Made by a program: the position numbers and the translations under genes
Assembly: GCA_010909165.1 (NCBI GenBank)
Contig: MU008155.1
Location: forward strand, 2,418,001 to 2,482,000
Direction: 5' to 3'
DNA from: Anthoceros angustus
Lineage: Eukaryota; Plantae; Anthocerotophyta
Length of the DNA stretch: 64,000 nucleotides
Notes under the pieces: generated by a model
Seen by the model: the letters and a program-made list of their open reading frames with translations, nothing else
Told to the model about the DNA's origin: nothing
Database searches by the model: none
In this document: in pieces, positions 39,540-53,746 of the stretch
How the letters are laid out: every line of letters starts with the position of its first letter
Position numbering within the stretch: the first letter of the stretch is position 1

Positions 39540-42500
39540 CTTGAGAATGCCGAAACTTACTCAACTATATCAAATGCTATTAAACATTGTTTTACGTCTT
39601 ACCTTCGCAAACGTGCCCTAAACCTCACTTTGATCACCGTCTAAGACCCCCATCTCCACAACACTCCCTCGTCGATCCGGTTCTTCGTTCTACGCCGCCA
39701 TGACGTCCATCGTGCATGCTTCTCTCGCATGTCTCATCCTCGACCATCTGGTGGCTTCTCAAGCTCGCGACTCACCCGATCTCGAGCCAAAAATTGAAAG
39801 CCTCGAGCAGTAGCCAGCAGATCCGAAAAGAGCGCCAATGTTCAACACGCAAGAGCCGCTCCGGCCATAAGATGCATGGCGGTGGTATAGAAAGGTTTAG
39901 AATTGCGAACTCCAACCTTTGCCTCCTGGATGACGGTGAGAAGAGCTTATGAAGAGTGGTGATCAAGGTGTGGCGTGGTCAACGCCTTCCCTCAAGGTTC
40001 GCCGAGGAGCTCGAGCTCCATCACCCGGATAAGCTTCCTTGCTCGAGTCCTATACCTCTTACATGCTTCTCGTGGAGTACCTTGACCGTGCCTTGGTGAG
40101 CGTGTCGATTTGTTATCGCCAAGATCGACATCAGTGCCCAAGCTCGCTTATGAGCAACCACCGTGGGATGAAATGGTGTTGTATCTCCACATGTTTGGTC
40201 CTTGTGTGTGGTTGGGTTGTAGGTCATGGCAATTGCATCGATGGTCGCATAGTAGTTTGGTTGGTTGATCCCGCCTCCGGATGTCGCTCGAATTGTCGAA
40301 TCCAAGGAATCTCCTTTTGCCGCTAGGGAAGTTCTGCATACTCCGCCTTGGAGGACAGTACACAAGCAATTGCATCCCTGTGAGACTAACCCGTTGTTGA
40401 GGATCATGCAAGAAGCGGTAGACTTGCGTGCATCCGGATCTCCGCCATGCATTTGAGTAGGAGGTTAACTAGTACAAGCTTCGGAAGTGGTGTTTTGTAT
40501 ACAAGTCCAAGGGATTTGCAGCCCTTCAAGTAGCGGAGGATGCGCTTGACGCTAGTCCAAGGGATTTGGCATCTTCAAGTAGCGGAGGATGCGCTGACGC
40601 TAGTCCAAAGGCTCTCCCATGGTTGGAGAGGTATCTTGATGCAATATTCACACTGTGACATGTCCGGCCCGGTCCACATTGCCAAATAGAGTAGGCTATA
40701 CGGCCTACATTGTGAGGGCACTGGGACATCTCATGAGCTTCTTCCGTTGTGGGGCGGTCATCGTGGATAGCTTCTCGGGAAGCAATAGGAGTGGAGCGGG
40801 CTTGGCATCGCCACTTCAATCTCTCCACTCGGCCCTGTCACACGGATGAACAAGGCGCCGGAGAATTGCATGAACGCACATCGAGAGCGTCAAGGGGTCC
40901 TTGAGTGCCGACGGTGCAATGATTACCTACGAAAGTGATTGTAAGGTGGTGTTTAGTTGCTAGCTTGCACACTAATAGCAAGTTCTTGGTCATTGCGGCA
41001 CGTGGAGAACGCCATTAATGGTGAGCTCTCCATCTTCCCTTCCTTCCCTTCCCATGTCATGGCTTCACGATAAGCTCACATGCATAGAATAAATATTATT
41101 TTGATAAATTAAAAAATGGTATATATACACGAGTGAGTTGTAATCTCATCGTGCTTGAGAATGCCGAAACTTACTCAACTATATCAAATGCTATTAAACA
41201 TTGTTTTACGTCTTACCTTGGCGTGCCTAAACCTCACTTTGATCACCGTCTAAGACCCCCATCTCCACAACACTCCCCTCGTTCGATCCGGTTCTTCGTT
41301 CTACGCCGCCATGGCGTCCATCGGGCATGCTTCTCTGCGGTGTTCCTCAAGATCCTCTCGACCATCCGGTGGCTTCTCAAGCTCGCGACTCACCCGATCT
41401 CATATGAGCCAAAAATTGAAAGCCTCGAGCAAGGAGTAGCAGCACAGATCCGAAAAGAGCGCCAATGTTCAACACGCAAGAGCCGCTTGAAGATGCATGG
41501 CGGGCGTAAGTATAGAAAGGTTTAGAATTGCGAACTCCAACCTTTGCCTCCTGGATGACGGTGAGAAGAGCTTATGAAGAGTGGTGATCAAGGTGTCTTG
41601 GCAGTCAACGCCTTCCCTCAAGGTTCGCCGAGCTCGAGCTCCATCACCCGGATAAGCTTCCTTGCTCGAGTCCTATACCTCTTACATGCTTCTCGTGGAG
41701 TACCTTGTGCCTTGGTGAGCGTGTCCGATTTATATCGATGTCGACATCAGTAGCTGCCCAAGCTCGCTTATGAGCAACCACCGTGGGATGAAATGGTGTT
41801 GTATCTCCACATGTTTGGTCCTTGTGTGCGGGGTTGGGTTGTAGGTCATGGCAATTGCATCTTGATGGTCGATAGTAGTTTGGTTGGTTGATCCCGCCTC
41901 CGGATGTCGCTCGAATTGTCGAATCCAAGGAATCTCCTTTTGCCGCTAGGGAAGTTCTGCATACTCCGCCGGTGGAGGCACACGATCGCAAGCAATTGCA
42001 TCCCTGTGAGACTAACCCGTTGTTGAGGATCATGCAAGAGTGCGGTAGACTTGCGTGCATCCGGATCTCCCGCACCGCATTTGAGTAGGAGGTTAACTAG
42101 TACAAGCTTCGGAAGTGGTGTTTTGTATACAAGTCCAAGGGATTTGCAGCCCTTCAAGTAGCGGAGGATGCGCTTGACGCTAGTCCAAGGGATTTGGCAT
42201 CTTCAAGTAGCGGAGGATGCGCTTGACGCTAGTCCAAAGGCTCTCCCATGGTTGGAGAGGTATCTTGATGCAATATTCACACTGTGACATGTCCGGCCCG
42301 GTCCACATTGCCAAATAGAGTAGGCTATACGGCCTACATTGTGAGGGCACTGGGACATCTCATGAGCTTCTTCCGTTGTGGGGCGGTCATCGTGGATAGC
42401 TTCTCGGGAAGCAATAGGAGTGGAGCGGGCTTGGCATCGCCACTTCAATCTCTCCACTCGGCCCTGTCACACGGATGAACAAGGCGCCGGAGAATTGCAT

Positions 42501-42690
42501 GAACGCACATCGAGAGCGTCAAGGGGTCCTTGAGTGCCGACGGTGCAATGATTACCTACGAAAGTGATTGTAAGGTGGTGTTTAGTTGCTAGCTTGCACA
42601 CTAATAGCAAGTTCTTGGTCATTGCGGCACGTGGAGAACGCCATTAATGGTGAGCTCTCCATCTTCCCTTCCTTCCCTTCCCATGTCATG
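39540..42690 (-). mobile_element. Two adjacent Copia RT-RH-LTR remnants (~39540-41060 and ~41152-42690)
   Basis: Same motifs; ORF-A and the minisatellite are missing between them. Confidence 0.85.
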
Positions 42691-43291
42691 GCTTCACGAT
42701 AAGCTCACATGCATAGAATAAATATTATTTTGATAAATTAAAATAATGCAGATATAAACTAATATTTACATAAATCATGAATATTACTATTTTCATTTAG
42801 ATATTATAAAGTTAATCAGATTGTACTATAATAAATACTAAAATACAATATAGTAACCCTTTACCTATTGAAAACTTATTTAATAATCTATTAATAAATA
42901 AAATCTCAAACTCATCGAAATATGGGACATGGGGCATGGAACTCGTTTTTCTATTTGGGCTATATATGTATGAGCCCCACCATCTATATTCAAACATGAT
43001 ATATCCAATCTCATTGTATGATAAAGAATACTATGGGACATAGTGCATGGAACCCATTTTTCCTATTTGGGCTATATGTATGTGAGCCCCACTATATTCA
43101 AACATCATATATCCAATCTTGATGTATGCTAAAGAATATCATTATCACCCATTCTTTTGAATTTTATTAGAATGTTTAGTTTTCTCATGGTTCTCTCTCT
43201 TAGGTTATCATTAGTTTGATGTAGAGTTACCTATCCATATTATTGGGTTCTTTCTTTATTCTTATTTGCCTTTGGTCCTTTCTAGTCTATT

Positions 43292-44301
43292 ATGGCTAAT
43301 GATGATGCTCCCGTTAGCGTTGTACCTTACACATGGGTGGCAGTTCCTAGAATCGGATGCCCACATTGGTTTCTACATTGAAGACGCAAGGAAGCATGAG
43401 GATGAGGTCAGTGACGCTCCTTCCTTACCTTGGAACTTCCAAGCTAAAGACCCTTAGGACCGCTTTCTAAGTATACCTTGAAGTTGGTAGACGTGGTCGA
43501 TTTGATCATGGAAGTCAAGCAAAGAAGACCTCAACCACGCCTCCCACCATGGTGTCTAGAAAGGATGATGACGTAGGTCGTGGAAGCACCACCATCCCTA
43601 AGGCGCAACAAAATAGCGCGAGCGGTGGGGAGACGTCGACTTTGCGGGCATGGTGATGGAGGAGGTCCGGACCAGGTATCACGGAGTGCATTGGCATTCT
43701 ATTCACAAGTCGATAATGTGTATCCGATGGCACGCCACGTGCCGACTCACGGCTCAAGAAGTTCCACCAGTTCATTTGGGGCGATTCGAAAGGACATAGA
43801 TGCAGATTGGGACTTGGTGCAAATCAAGTTGTTTTATGTGGCTTCAAGCGTCGAATAAAGTGAAGCTCAACTTCAAAGATCCCGCATCCTTAGAGACATA
43901 TCTACGATTACCAGGATTGGTGGCCATCACAGTTGGCGAGGAAGTAATAGGGTTTGTGAGGATGGAAGTTCAACAAAGCGCAAATTCTTCTCCCGTAGTG
44001 CATGCGGAGGCCTTCCACATGGTGTGTATATCGAGAAGAAGAGATGAAACAAGCTGCAGATGTGCCAAAAGATGCTCGTAGGGAGACCACATATGAGGCT
44101 TTCGTTTTGAGCAGTCAAGGCCAAATAGACGGTCCGGCAAGTTGTTGAGGTTGAGGGGCACACCATTCTAGCACCAAAACCTACAATTGTTGGTATAAAA
44201 AGAGGAAGCTGGAAAAGCATACCATAGTAAAGGCGATCATAATGGGGTCAGATGATACCAAGGAGCTCAATCATCCCTCACAGTTATTTGGTTGAGCTTG
44301 A
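43292..44301 (+). CDS. ORF-A copy
   Basis: Same sequence as 1277-2290. Confidence 0.4.
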
Positions 44302-45076
44302 GCTTCAAGTTCGATTGAGTGGCTACCTGCATAGCCGAGAAGTGCCGCTCGCTCTCGCAGGAAGAAATCCTTGGTTCATCCATCCATCCGCTCAACCCAC
44401 AAGAAAGTACTCTAGCGCCTTCGAGCTCACAAGAAAGTATTTGAGCGCCTTCAAACTCACGGACCAATACTTTAGTGCCTTCCAACTCACGGGATAATAG
44501 TCTAGCGCCTTCAAACTCAGGACCCATACTCTCGCCTTCCAACTTACGAGGATACTCTAGCGCCTTCAAACTCATAGAAAAATATTCTAGTGCCTTCCAA
44601 CTCACGAGGATAATACTCTAGCGCCTTCAAACTCACGTAAAAATATATTTGGCTCCTTCTTAGATCCATTGTTAAATACTCTAGCTCGGACTCACACTAG
44701 GGAGTTCAACACGCCATGGCTCACTCACCTGGGAGGTCACTATGTGAGAAACTTTGCCGAAGCAATTGGAGCAACATAAGTCGCCAAGGAGTGTGGATCG
44801 GCGCATTGGGAGAGGAAAGGGCATGAGGATCGGGAGAGAAGGGAAGGAAAGAGAGAGGTATGTAGAGAAGATATGGGTGAAAAAGGATAACATGAGAAAA
44901 CAATATAAATATGGAAGATGAAGAGAAGGGAAAATGGGAAAATGGGAAGGGAGAAACAAAAGAAATGAGAGGATATGGAGAAATAGTAAAGAATCTTCCT
45001 CTTGAGCGAGGAATGTTTTATTGAAAGGCAAAAAAAATGGTATATATACACGGCCGAGTGAGTTATGTATCGTCAG

Positions 45077-46570
45077 CTTGAGAATGCCGAAACTTACTCA
45101 ACTATATCAAATGCTATTAAACATTGTTTTACGCCTTACCTTGTACGTGCCTAAACCTCACTTTGATCGACGTCTAAGACCCCCATCTCCACAACACTCC
45201 CCTCGTTCTTGATCCGTTCTTCGTTCTCGCCGCCATGACGTCCATCGCATGCTTCTGTACATGCCTCAAGATCCTCTCGACCATCCGGTGGCTTCTCAAG
45301 CTCGCGACTCACGATCTCGGCTATGAGCCAAAAATTGAAAGCCTCGAGCAAGCTGGAGTAGCCGAGGCATAGATCAAAAGACCAAGGTTCAACACGCAAG
45401 AGCCGCTTCAGTGCAAGATGCATGGCGTAAGTATAGAAAGGTTTAGAATTGCGAACTCCAACCTTTGCCTCCGGATGACGGTGAGAAGAGCTTATGAAGA
45501 GTGGTGATCAAGGTGTGCTGGCAGAAGTCAACGTCTTCCCCTCAAGGTTCGTCGAGGGAGCTCAGAGCTCCATCACCCAGATAAGCTTCCTTGCTCAGTA
45601 GTCCTATACCTCTTACATGCTTCTCGTGGAGTACCTTGGACTGTGCCTTGGTGGCCAGTGCGATTTGTTATCGCCAGATCGACATCAGTACGCCCAAGCT
45701 CGCTTATGAGCAACCACATGTGGATGAAATGGTGTTGTATCTCCACATGTTTGGTCCTTGTGTGCGTGGTTGGGTTGTAGGTCATGGCAATTGCATGCTG
45801 ATGGTCGCATAGTAGTTTGGTTGGTTGATCCTGCTCCTCCTGGATGTCGCTCAAGAATTGTCGAATCCAAGGAATCTCCTTTTGCCGCTAGGGAAGTTGC
45901 TGCATACTCCGCTTCGGTGGAGGACCTGATCAAGCAATTGCATCCCGGAGACTAACCCGTTGTTGAGGATCATGCGATGGCTGCGGTGAACTTGCGTGCA
46001 TCCGGATCTCCCGATGCATTTGAGTAGGAGGTTAACTAGTACAAGCTTCTTGGAAGTGGTGTTTTTGTATACAAGTCCAAGGGATTTGCAGCCCTTCAAG
46101 TAGCGGAGGATGCGCTTGACGCTAGTCCGATGGGCTCTCCCATGGTTGGAGAGGTATCTTGATGCAATATTCACACTGTGACATGTCCGGCTGGTCCACA
46201 TTGCCAAATAGAGTAGGCTAGCGAGCTCAGAGGGCACTTGGGACATCTCATGAGCTTCTTCGGAGTTGTGGGTCATCGGATAGCTTCTCGCGAAGCAATA
46301 GGAGTGGAGACGGGCTTGGCATCGCTCGGCTTCAATCTCTCATTGTGACGCTTGTCCCCCGGATGAACAAGGCGGCGGAGAATTGTGCATGAACGCACAT
46401 CGAGAGCGTCAAGGGGTCCCTTGAGTGCGACGGTGCAATGATTACCTCGAAAGTGATTGTAAGGTGGTGTTTAGTTGCTAGCTTGCACACTAATAGCAAG
46501 TTCTTGGTCATTGCAGCACGTGGAGAACGCCATTAATGGTGAGCAGCTCCATCTTCCCTTCCCTTCCCTA
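45077..46570 (-). mobile_element. Copia RT-RH-LTR remnant (clearest motifs)
   Basis: SSTEAEY, VKRILRYLKGCKSLGLVY, LLCDHQHAIAMTYNP..HTRTKHVEIQHHFI. Confidence 0.9.
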
Positions 46571-47191
46571 TACGATGGCTTCACGATAAGCTCACATGCA
46601 TAGAATAAATATTATTTTGATAAATTAAAATAATGTACAGATATAAACTAATATTTACATAAATCATGAATATTACTATTTTCATTTAGATATTATAAAC
46701 TTAATCAGATTGTACTATAATAAATACTAAAATACAATATAGTAACCCTTTACCTATTGAAAAACTTATTTAATAATCTATTAATAAATAAAATCTCAAA
46801 CTCATCGAAATATGGGACATGGGGCATGGAACTCGTTTTTCTATTTGGGCTATATATGTATATGAGCCCCACCATCTATATTCAAACATGATATATCCAA
46901 TCTCATTGTATGATAAAGAATACTATGGGACATAGTGCATGGAACCCATTTTTCCTATTTGGGCTATATATATGTATGAGCCCCACTATATTCAAACATC
47001 ATATATCCAATCTTGATGTATGCTAAAGAATATCATTATCACCCATTCTTTTGAATTTTATTAGAATGTTTAGTTTTCTCATGGTTCTCTCTTGAGAGGT
47101 TATCATTAGTTTGATCTTTGTGGGTTACCTATCCATATTCCTTTGGGTTCTTTCTTTATTCTTATTTGCCTTTGGTCCTTTCTAGTCTATT

Positions 47192-49044
47192 ATGGCTAAT
47201 GATGATGCTCCGTTAGCGTTGTACCTTACACATGGGTGGATGATTCCTAGAATCGGATGCCCACATTGGTTTCTACATTGAAGGCGCAAGGAAGCATGAG
47301 GATGATGAGGTGGTGACTCCTTCCTTACCTTGGAACTTCCAAGCTAAAGACCCTTCCGGACCGCTTTCTAAGTATACCTTGAAGTTGGTAGACGTGGTCG
47401 ATTTGATCATGGAAGTCAAGCAAAGAAGACCTCAACCACGACCTCCCACCATGGGCGATCTAGAAAGGATGATAGCGGTGTGGTGGCCGGAGCACCATCC
47501 CTAAGGCGCAACAAAATGGCCGAGCAGTGGGAGTGAAGGCGGCCTTGCACATGTAGTGATGGAGGAGGTCCGGACACGAGGTATCACGGAGTGCATTGGC
47601 ATTCTATTCACAAGTCGTATAATGTGTCGATGGCGCATACGTGCCCGACTCAACTTCGGTGAAGAAGTTCCACCAGTTCATTTGGGGCGATTCGAAAGGA
47701 CATAGATGCGGCCGGATTCACGGGACTTGGTTCAAGTTGTTTTATGTGGCTTCAAGCCGAATACGAGTGAAGCTCAACTTCAAAGATCTGCATCCTTAGA
47801 GACATATCTAGGTGCACCGCAGCGACGGATTGGGTGGCCATCAGTTGGCGAGGAAGTAATAGGGTTTGTGAGGATGGAAGTTCAACAAAGCGCAAATTCT
47901 TCTCCCGTAGTGCATGCGGAGGCCTTCCACATGGTGTGTATATCGAGAAGAAGAGATGAAACAAGCTGCGGATGTGCCAAAAGATGCTCGTAGGAGACCA
48001 CATATGAGGCTTTCGTTTTGAGAAACGGTCAAGGCCAAATAAATGGTCAAGTTGTTGAGGTTGAGGGGCACACCATTCTAGCACCAAAACCTACAATTGT
48101 TGGTATAAAAAGAGGAAGGAAGCATCGTAGTAAAGGCGATCATAATGGGGTCAGATGATACCAAGGAGCTCAATCATCCCTCACAGATTATTTGGTTGAG
48201 CTTGGCTTCATAAAGTTCGATTGGGTAGCTGCTACATAGCCTTGAAGTTGGTAGGCGATTTGATCATGGAAGTCAAGCAAAGAAGACCTCAACCACACCT
48301 CCCACCATGGTGATCTAGAAAGGATGATGGCGATGGTGTGGAAGCACCACCATCCCTAAGGCGCAACAAAATAGCGAATACGGGAGTGAAGACGTCGGCT
48401 TTATGCATGGTGATGGAGGAGGTCCGGACACGGTATCACGGAGTGCATTGGCATTCTATTCACAAGTCGTATAATGTGTATCGATGGCACTACGTGACTC
48501 ACGGCTGAAGAAGTTCCACCAGTTCATTTGGCGATTCGAAAGGACATAGATGCGGCCGGATTAGGACTTGGTGCAAATCAAGTTGTTTTATGTGGCTTCA
48601 AGCGTCGAATACGAGTGAAGCTCAACTTCAAAGATCCCGCATCCTTAGAGACATATCTCTGATTACTGCAGCCCGGATTGGGTGGCCATCACAGTTGGCG
48701 AAGTAATAGGGTTTGTGAGGATGGAAGTTCAACAAAGCGCAAATTCTTCTCCCGTAGTGCATGAGGCCTTCCACATGGTGTGTATATCGGAGAAGAAGAG
48801 ATGAAACAAGCTGCGGATGTGCCAAAAGATGCTCGTAGGAGACCACATATGAGGCTTTTGAGAGCAAGGCCAAATAGATGCAGTCCGACAAGTTGTTGAG
48901 GTTGAGGGGCACACCATTCTAGCACCAAAACCTACAATTGTTGGTATAAAAAATTTGGAAAAAGCCGTAGTAAAGGCGATCATAATGGGGTCAGATGATA
49001 CCAAGGAGCTCAATCATCCCTCACAGTTATTTGGTTGAGCTTGA
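47192..49044 (+). CDS. ORF-A copy (47192-48203) followed by a 5'-truncated repeat (~48240-49044)
   Basis: Same sequence as 1277-2290. Confidence 0.4.
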
Positions 49045-49825
49045 GGCTTCACCGAAGTTCCGATTGGGCTGGCTACAGCATAGGGTGAGAAGTGCCTCTG
49101 GCTCTCTGCAGGAAGAAATCCTTGGTTCATCCATCCATCCGGCTCCGAACCCACCGAAGTACTCTAGCGCCTTGAGCTCACAAGAAAGTATTTGGCGCCT
49201 TCAAACTCAGGACCAATACTTTAGTGCCTTCAACTCACGGGATAGTCTAGCGCCTTCAAACTCACGGGACCCATACTCTCGCCTTCCAACTTACGGATAA
49301 TACTCTAGCGCCTTCAAACTCATAGAAAAATATTCTAGTGCCTTCCAACTCAGGATAATACTCTAGCGCCTTCAAACTCACGGAAAAATATATTTGGCTC
49401 CTTCTTAGATCCATTGTTAAATACTCTAACGCCTTCGGACTCACACTAGGGAGTTCAACACGTCATAGCTCACTCACCTTTGGGAGGTCACTATGCGAAA
49501 CTTTGCCGAGCAATTGGAGCAACATAAGTCGCCAAGGGGTGTGGATCGGGCGCATTGGGAGAGGGAAAAGGGCATGAGGATCGGGAGGCAGAAGGGAAGG
49601 AAGAGGTATGTAGAGAAGATATGGGTGAAAAAGGATAACATGAGAAAACAATATAAATATGGAAGATGAAGAGAAGGGAAAATGGGAAAATGGGAAGGAG
49701 AAACAAAAGAAATGAGAGGATATGGAGAAATAGTAAAGAATCTTCCTCTTGAGCGAGGAATGTTTTATTGAAAGGCAAAAAAAAATGGTATATATACACG
49801 GCCGAGTGAGTTGTAATCATCGAGG

Positions 49826-51336
49826 CGTTGATCACAAGAAACTTACTCAACTATATCAAATGCTATTAAACATTGTTTTACGTCTTACCTTGGCGTGCCT
49901 AAACCTCACTTTGATCAGCCCGTCTAAGACCCCCATCTCCACAACACTCCCCTCGTTCTTGATCCGAGTTCTTCGTTCTCGCTCGCCATGGCGTCCATCG
50001 GGCATGCTTCTGCGGTGTTCCTCGGCATCCTCTCGACCATCCGGTGGCTTCTCAAGCTCGCGACTCACACGATCTCGGCTATGAGCCAAAAATTGAAAGC
50101 CTCGAGCAATGGGTAGCCGAGCCTGAGATCCGAAAAGAGCGCAGCCTGTTCAACACGCAAGAGCCGCGATCGGCCATAAGATGCATGGCGGGCGTAAGTA
50201 TAGAAAGGTTTAGAATTGCGAACTCCAACCTTTGCCTCCGGATGGCGGTGAGAAGAGCTTATGAAGAGTGGTGATCAAGGTGTCTTGGCGATCAACGTCT
50301 TCCCTCAAGGTTCGCGAGCTCGAGCTCCATCACCCGGATAAGCTTCCTTGCTCAGTTGATCCTGTACCTCTTACATGCTTCTAGGAGTACCTTGGTGTGC
50401 CTTGGTGAGCGGGTCGATTTATTATCGCGATGTCGACATCATGTAGGCGCGAGGCTAGCTTATGAGCAACCACGTGGGATGAAATGGTGTTGTATCTCCA
50501 CATGTTTGGTCCTTGTGTGCGGGGTTGGGTTGTAGGTCATGGCAATTGCATCTTGATGGTCGCATAGTAGTTTGGTTGGTTGATCCTGCTCCTCCGGATG
50601 TCGCTCGGGGAATTGTCGAATCCAAGGAATCTCCTTTTGCCGCTAGGGAAGTTCTTTGCATACTCCGCCGGTGGAGGACAGGCTACGATCAACAATTGCA
50701 TCCCGGAGACTAACCCGTTGTTGAGGATCATGCGGTAAAAGGCTGCAGTAGACTTGCGTGCATCCGGATCCTCACTTGATGCATTTGAGTAGGAGGTTAA
50801 CTAGTACAAGCTTCTTTGGAAGTGGTGTTTTGTATACAAGTCCAAGGGTTTGCAGCCCTTCAAGTAGCGGAGGATGCGCTTGACGCTAGTCCATGGGCTC
50901 TCCCATGGTTGGAGAGGTATCTTGATGCAATATTCACACTGTGACATGCGGCACGGTCACATTGCCAAATAGAGTAGGCTAGCCATGCAGCCTCAGAACT
51001 TGGGACATCTCATGAGCTTCTTACAGGTTGTGGGGCGGTCATCGGCGGATAGCTTCTCGAAGCAATAGGGAGAGGCAGGCTTGGCATCGCTCGCTTCAAT
51101 CTCTCAAGTCGGCCGGTGTCCCCGAGCGGATGAACAAGCGCCAGGTATGCATGAGCGCACATCGAGAGCGTCTGAAGGGTCCCTTGAGTGCCGACGGTGC
51201 AATGATTACCTACGAAAGTGATTGTAAGGTGGTGTTTAGTTGCTAGCTTGCACACTAATAGCAAGTTCTTGGTCATTCAGGTACGTGGAGGCATCGATTA
51301 ATGGTGAGCGGCTCTCCATCTTCCTTCCCTTCCCTA
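49826..51336 (-). mobile_element. Copia RT-RH-LTR remnant
   Basis: Same sequence as other units. Confidence 0.85.
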
Positions 51337-51954
51337 TCGATGGCTTCACGATAAGCTCACATGCATAGAATAAATATTATTTTGATAAATTAAAATAATG
51401 TACAGATATAAACTAATATTTACATAAATCATGAATATTACTATTTTCATTTAGATATTATAAACTTAATCAGATTGTACTATAATAAATACTAAAATAC
51501 AATATAGTAACCCTTTACCTATTGAAAAACTTATTTAATAATCTATTAATAAATAAAATCTCAAACTCATCGAAATATGGGACATGGGGCATGGAACTCG
51601 TTTTTCTATTTGGGCTATATATGTATGAGCCCCACCATCTATATTCAAACATGATATATCCAATCTCATTGTATGATAAAGAATACTATGGGACATAGTG
51701 CATGGAACCCATTTTTCCTATTTGGGCTATATATGTATATGAGCTATTTATATTCAAACATCATATATCCAATCTTGATGTATGCTAAAGAATATCATTA
51801 TCACCCATTCTTTTGAATTTTATTAGAATGTTTAGTTTTCTCATCGGTTCTCTCTTGAGGTTATCATTAGTTTGATCTTGTGTAGAGTTACCTATCCATA
51901 TTCCTTTGGGTTCTTTCTTTATTCTTATTTGCCTTTGGTCCTTTCTAGTCTATT

Positions 51955-52954
51955 ATGGCTAATGATGATGCTCCGTTAGCGTTGTACCTTACACATGGGT
52001 GGAATGATTCCTAGAATCGGATGCCCACATTGGTTTCTACATTGAAGGCCTTGAGGCATGAGGATGAGGGGTGGCGCTCCTTCCTTACCTTGGAACTTCC
52101 AAGCTAAAGACCCTTCGGACCGCTTTCTAAGTATACCTTGAAGTTGGTAGGCGTGGTCGATTTGATCATGGAAGTCAAGCAAAGAAGACCTCAACCACCT
52201 CCCACCATGGTGATCTAGAAAGGATGATGGCAGTAATAGTGGCGGGCACCACCATCCCTAAGGCGCAACAAAATAGCGCGCAGTGGGAGTGAAGACGTCG
52301 ACTTAACGGGCATGGTGATGGAGGAGGTCCGGACACGGTATCACAGTGCATTGGCATTCTATTCACAAGTCGTATAATGTGTATCCGATGGCACGCTACA
52401 TTAAGCTCGCTCAAGAAGTTCCACCAGTTCATTTGGGCGATTCGAAAGGACATAGATGCAGATTCGGGACTTGGTGCAAATCAAGTTGTTTTATGTGGCT
52501 TCAAGCGTCGAATACGAGTGAAGCTCAACTTCAAAGATCCCGCATCCTTAGAGACATATCTACGATTACACTGCGTAGGATTGGGTGGCCATCACAGTTG
52601 AAGTAATAGGGTTTGTGAGGATGGAAGTTCAACAAAGCGCAAATTCTTCTCCGTAGTGCATGCGAGGCCTTCCACATGGTGTGTATATCGGAGAAGAAGA
52701 GATGAAACAAGCTGCGGATGTGCCAAAAGATGCTCGTGGGAGACCACATATGAGGCTTTCGTTTTGAGAAACGTTGAGGCCAATAGATGCACGGTCAATA
52801 GTTGTTGAGGTTGAGGGGCACACCATTCTAGCACCAAAACCTACAATTGTTGGTATAAAAGAAATTTGGAAAAACATCACGGTAGTAAAGCGATCATAAT
52901 GAACATGTGATGCCGAGCTCAATCATCCCCTCACAGTTATTTGGTTGAGCTTGA
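51955..52954 (+). CDS. ORF-A copy
   Basis: Same sequence as 1277-2290. Confidence 0.4.
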
Positions 52955-53746
52955 GCTTCAAGGTTCATTGGGTGGCTGCATAAGCGAGAAGTGCAGCACG
53001 GCTCTCGAGCTGCGGAAGAAATCCTTGGTTCATCCATCCATCCACTCCGAACCCACAAGAAAGTACTCTAGCGCCTTGAGCTCACAAGAAAGTATTTGAG
53101 CGCCTTCAAACTCACGGGACCAATACTTTAGTGCCTTCCAACTCACGGGATAATAGTCTAGCGCCTTCAAACTCACAGGACCCATACTCTCGCCTTCCAA
53201 CTTACGAGGATAATACTCTAGCGCCTTCAAACTCATAGAAAAATATTCTAGTGCCTTCCAACTCACGGATAATACTCTAGCGCCTTCAAACTCACGAGAA
53301 AAATATATTTGGCTCCTTCTTAGATCCATTGTTAAATACTCCTGCTTCTTGGACTCACACTAGGGAGTTCAACACGTCATGGCTCACTCACACCGGGGAG
53401 GTCACTATGTGAGAAACTTTGCGAGCAATTGGAGCAACATAAGTCGCCAAGGGAGTGTGGATCGGCGCATTGGGAGAGGGAAAAGGGCATGAGGATCGGG
53501 AGACAGAAGGGAAGGAAAGAGAGGTATGTAGAGAAGATATGGGTGAAAAAGGATAACATGAGAAAACAATATAAATATGGAAGATGAAGAGAAGGGAAAA
53601 TGGGAAAATGGGAAGGAGAAACAAAAGAAATGAGAGGATATGGAGAAATAGTAAAGAATCTTCCTCTTGAGCGAGGAATGTTTTATTGAAACCAAAAAAA
53701 AATGGTATATATACACGGCCGAGTGAGTTATGGAATCATCGAGGCG

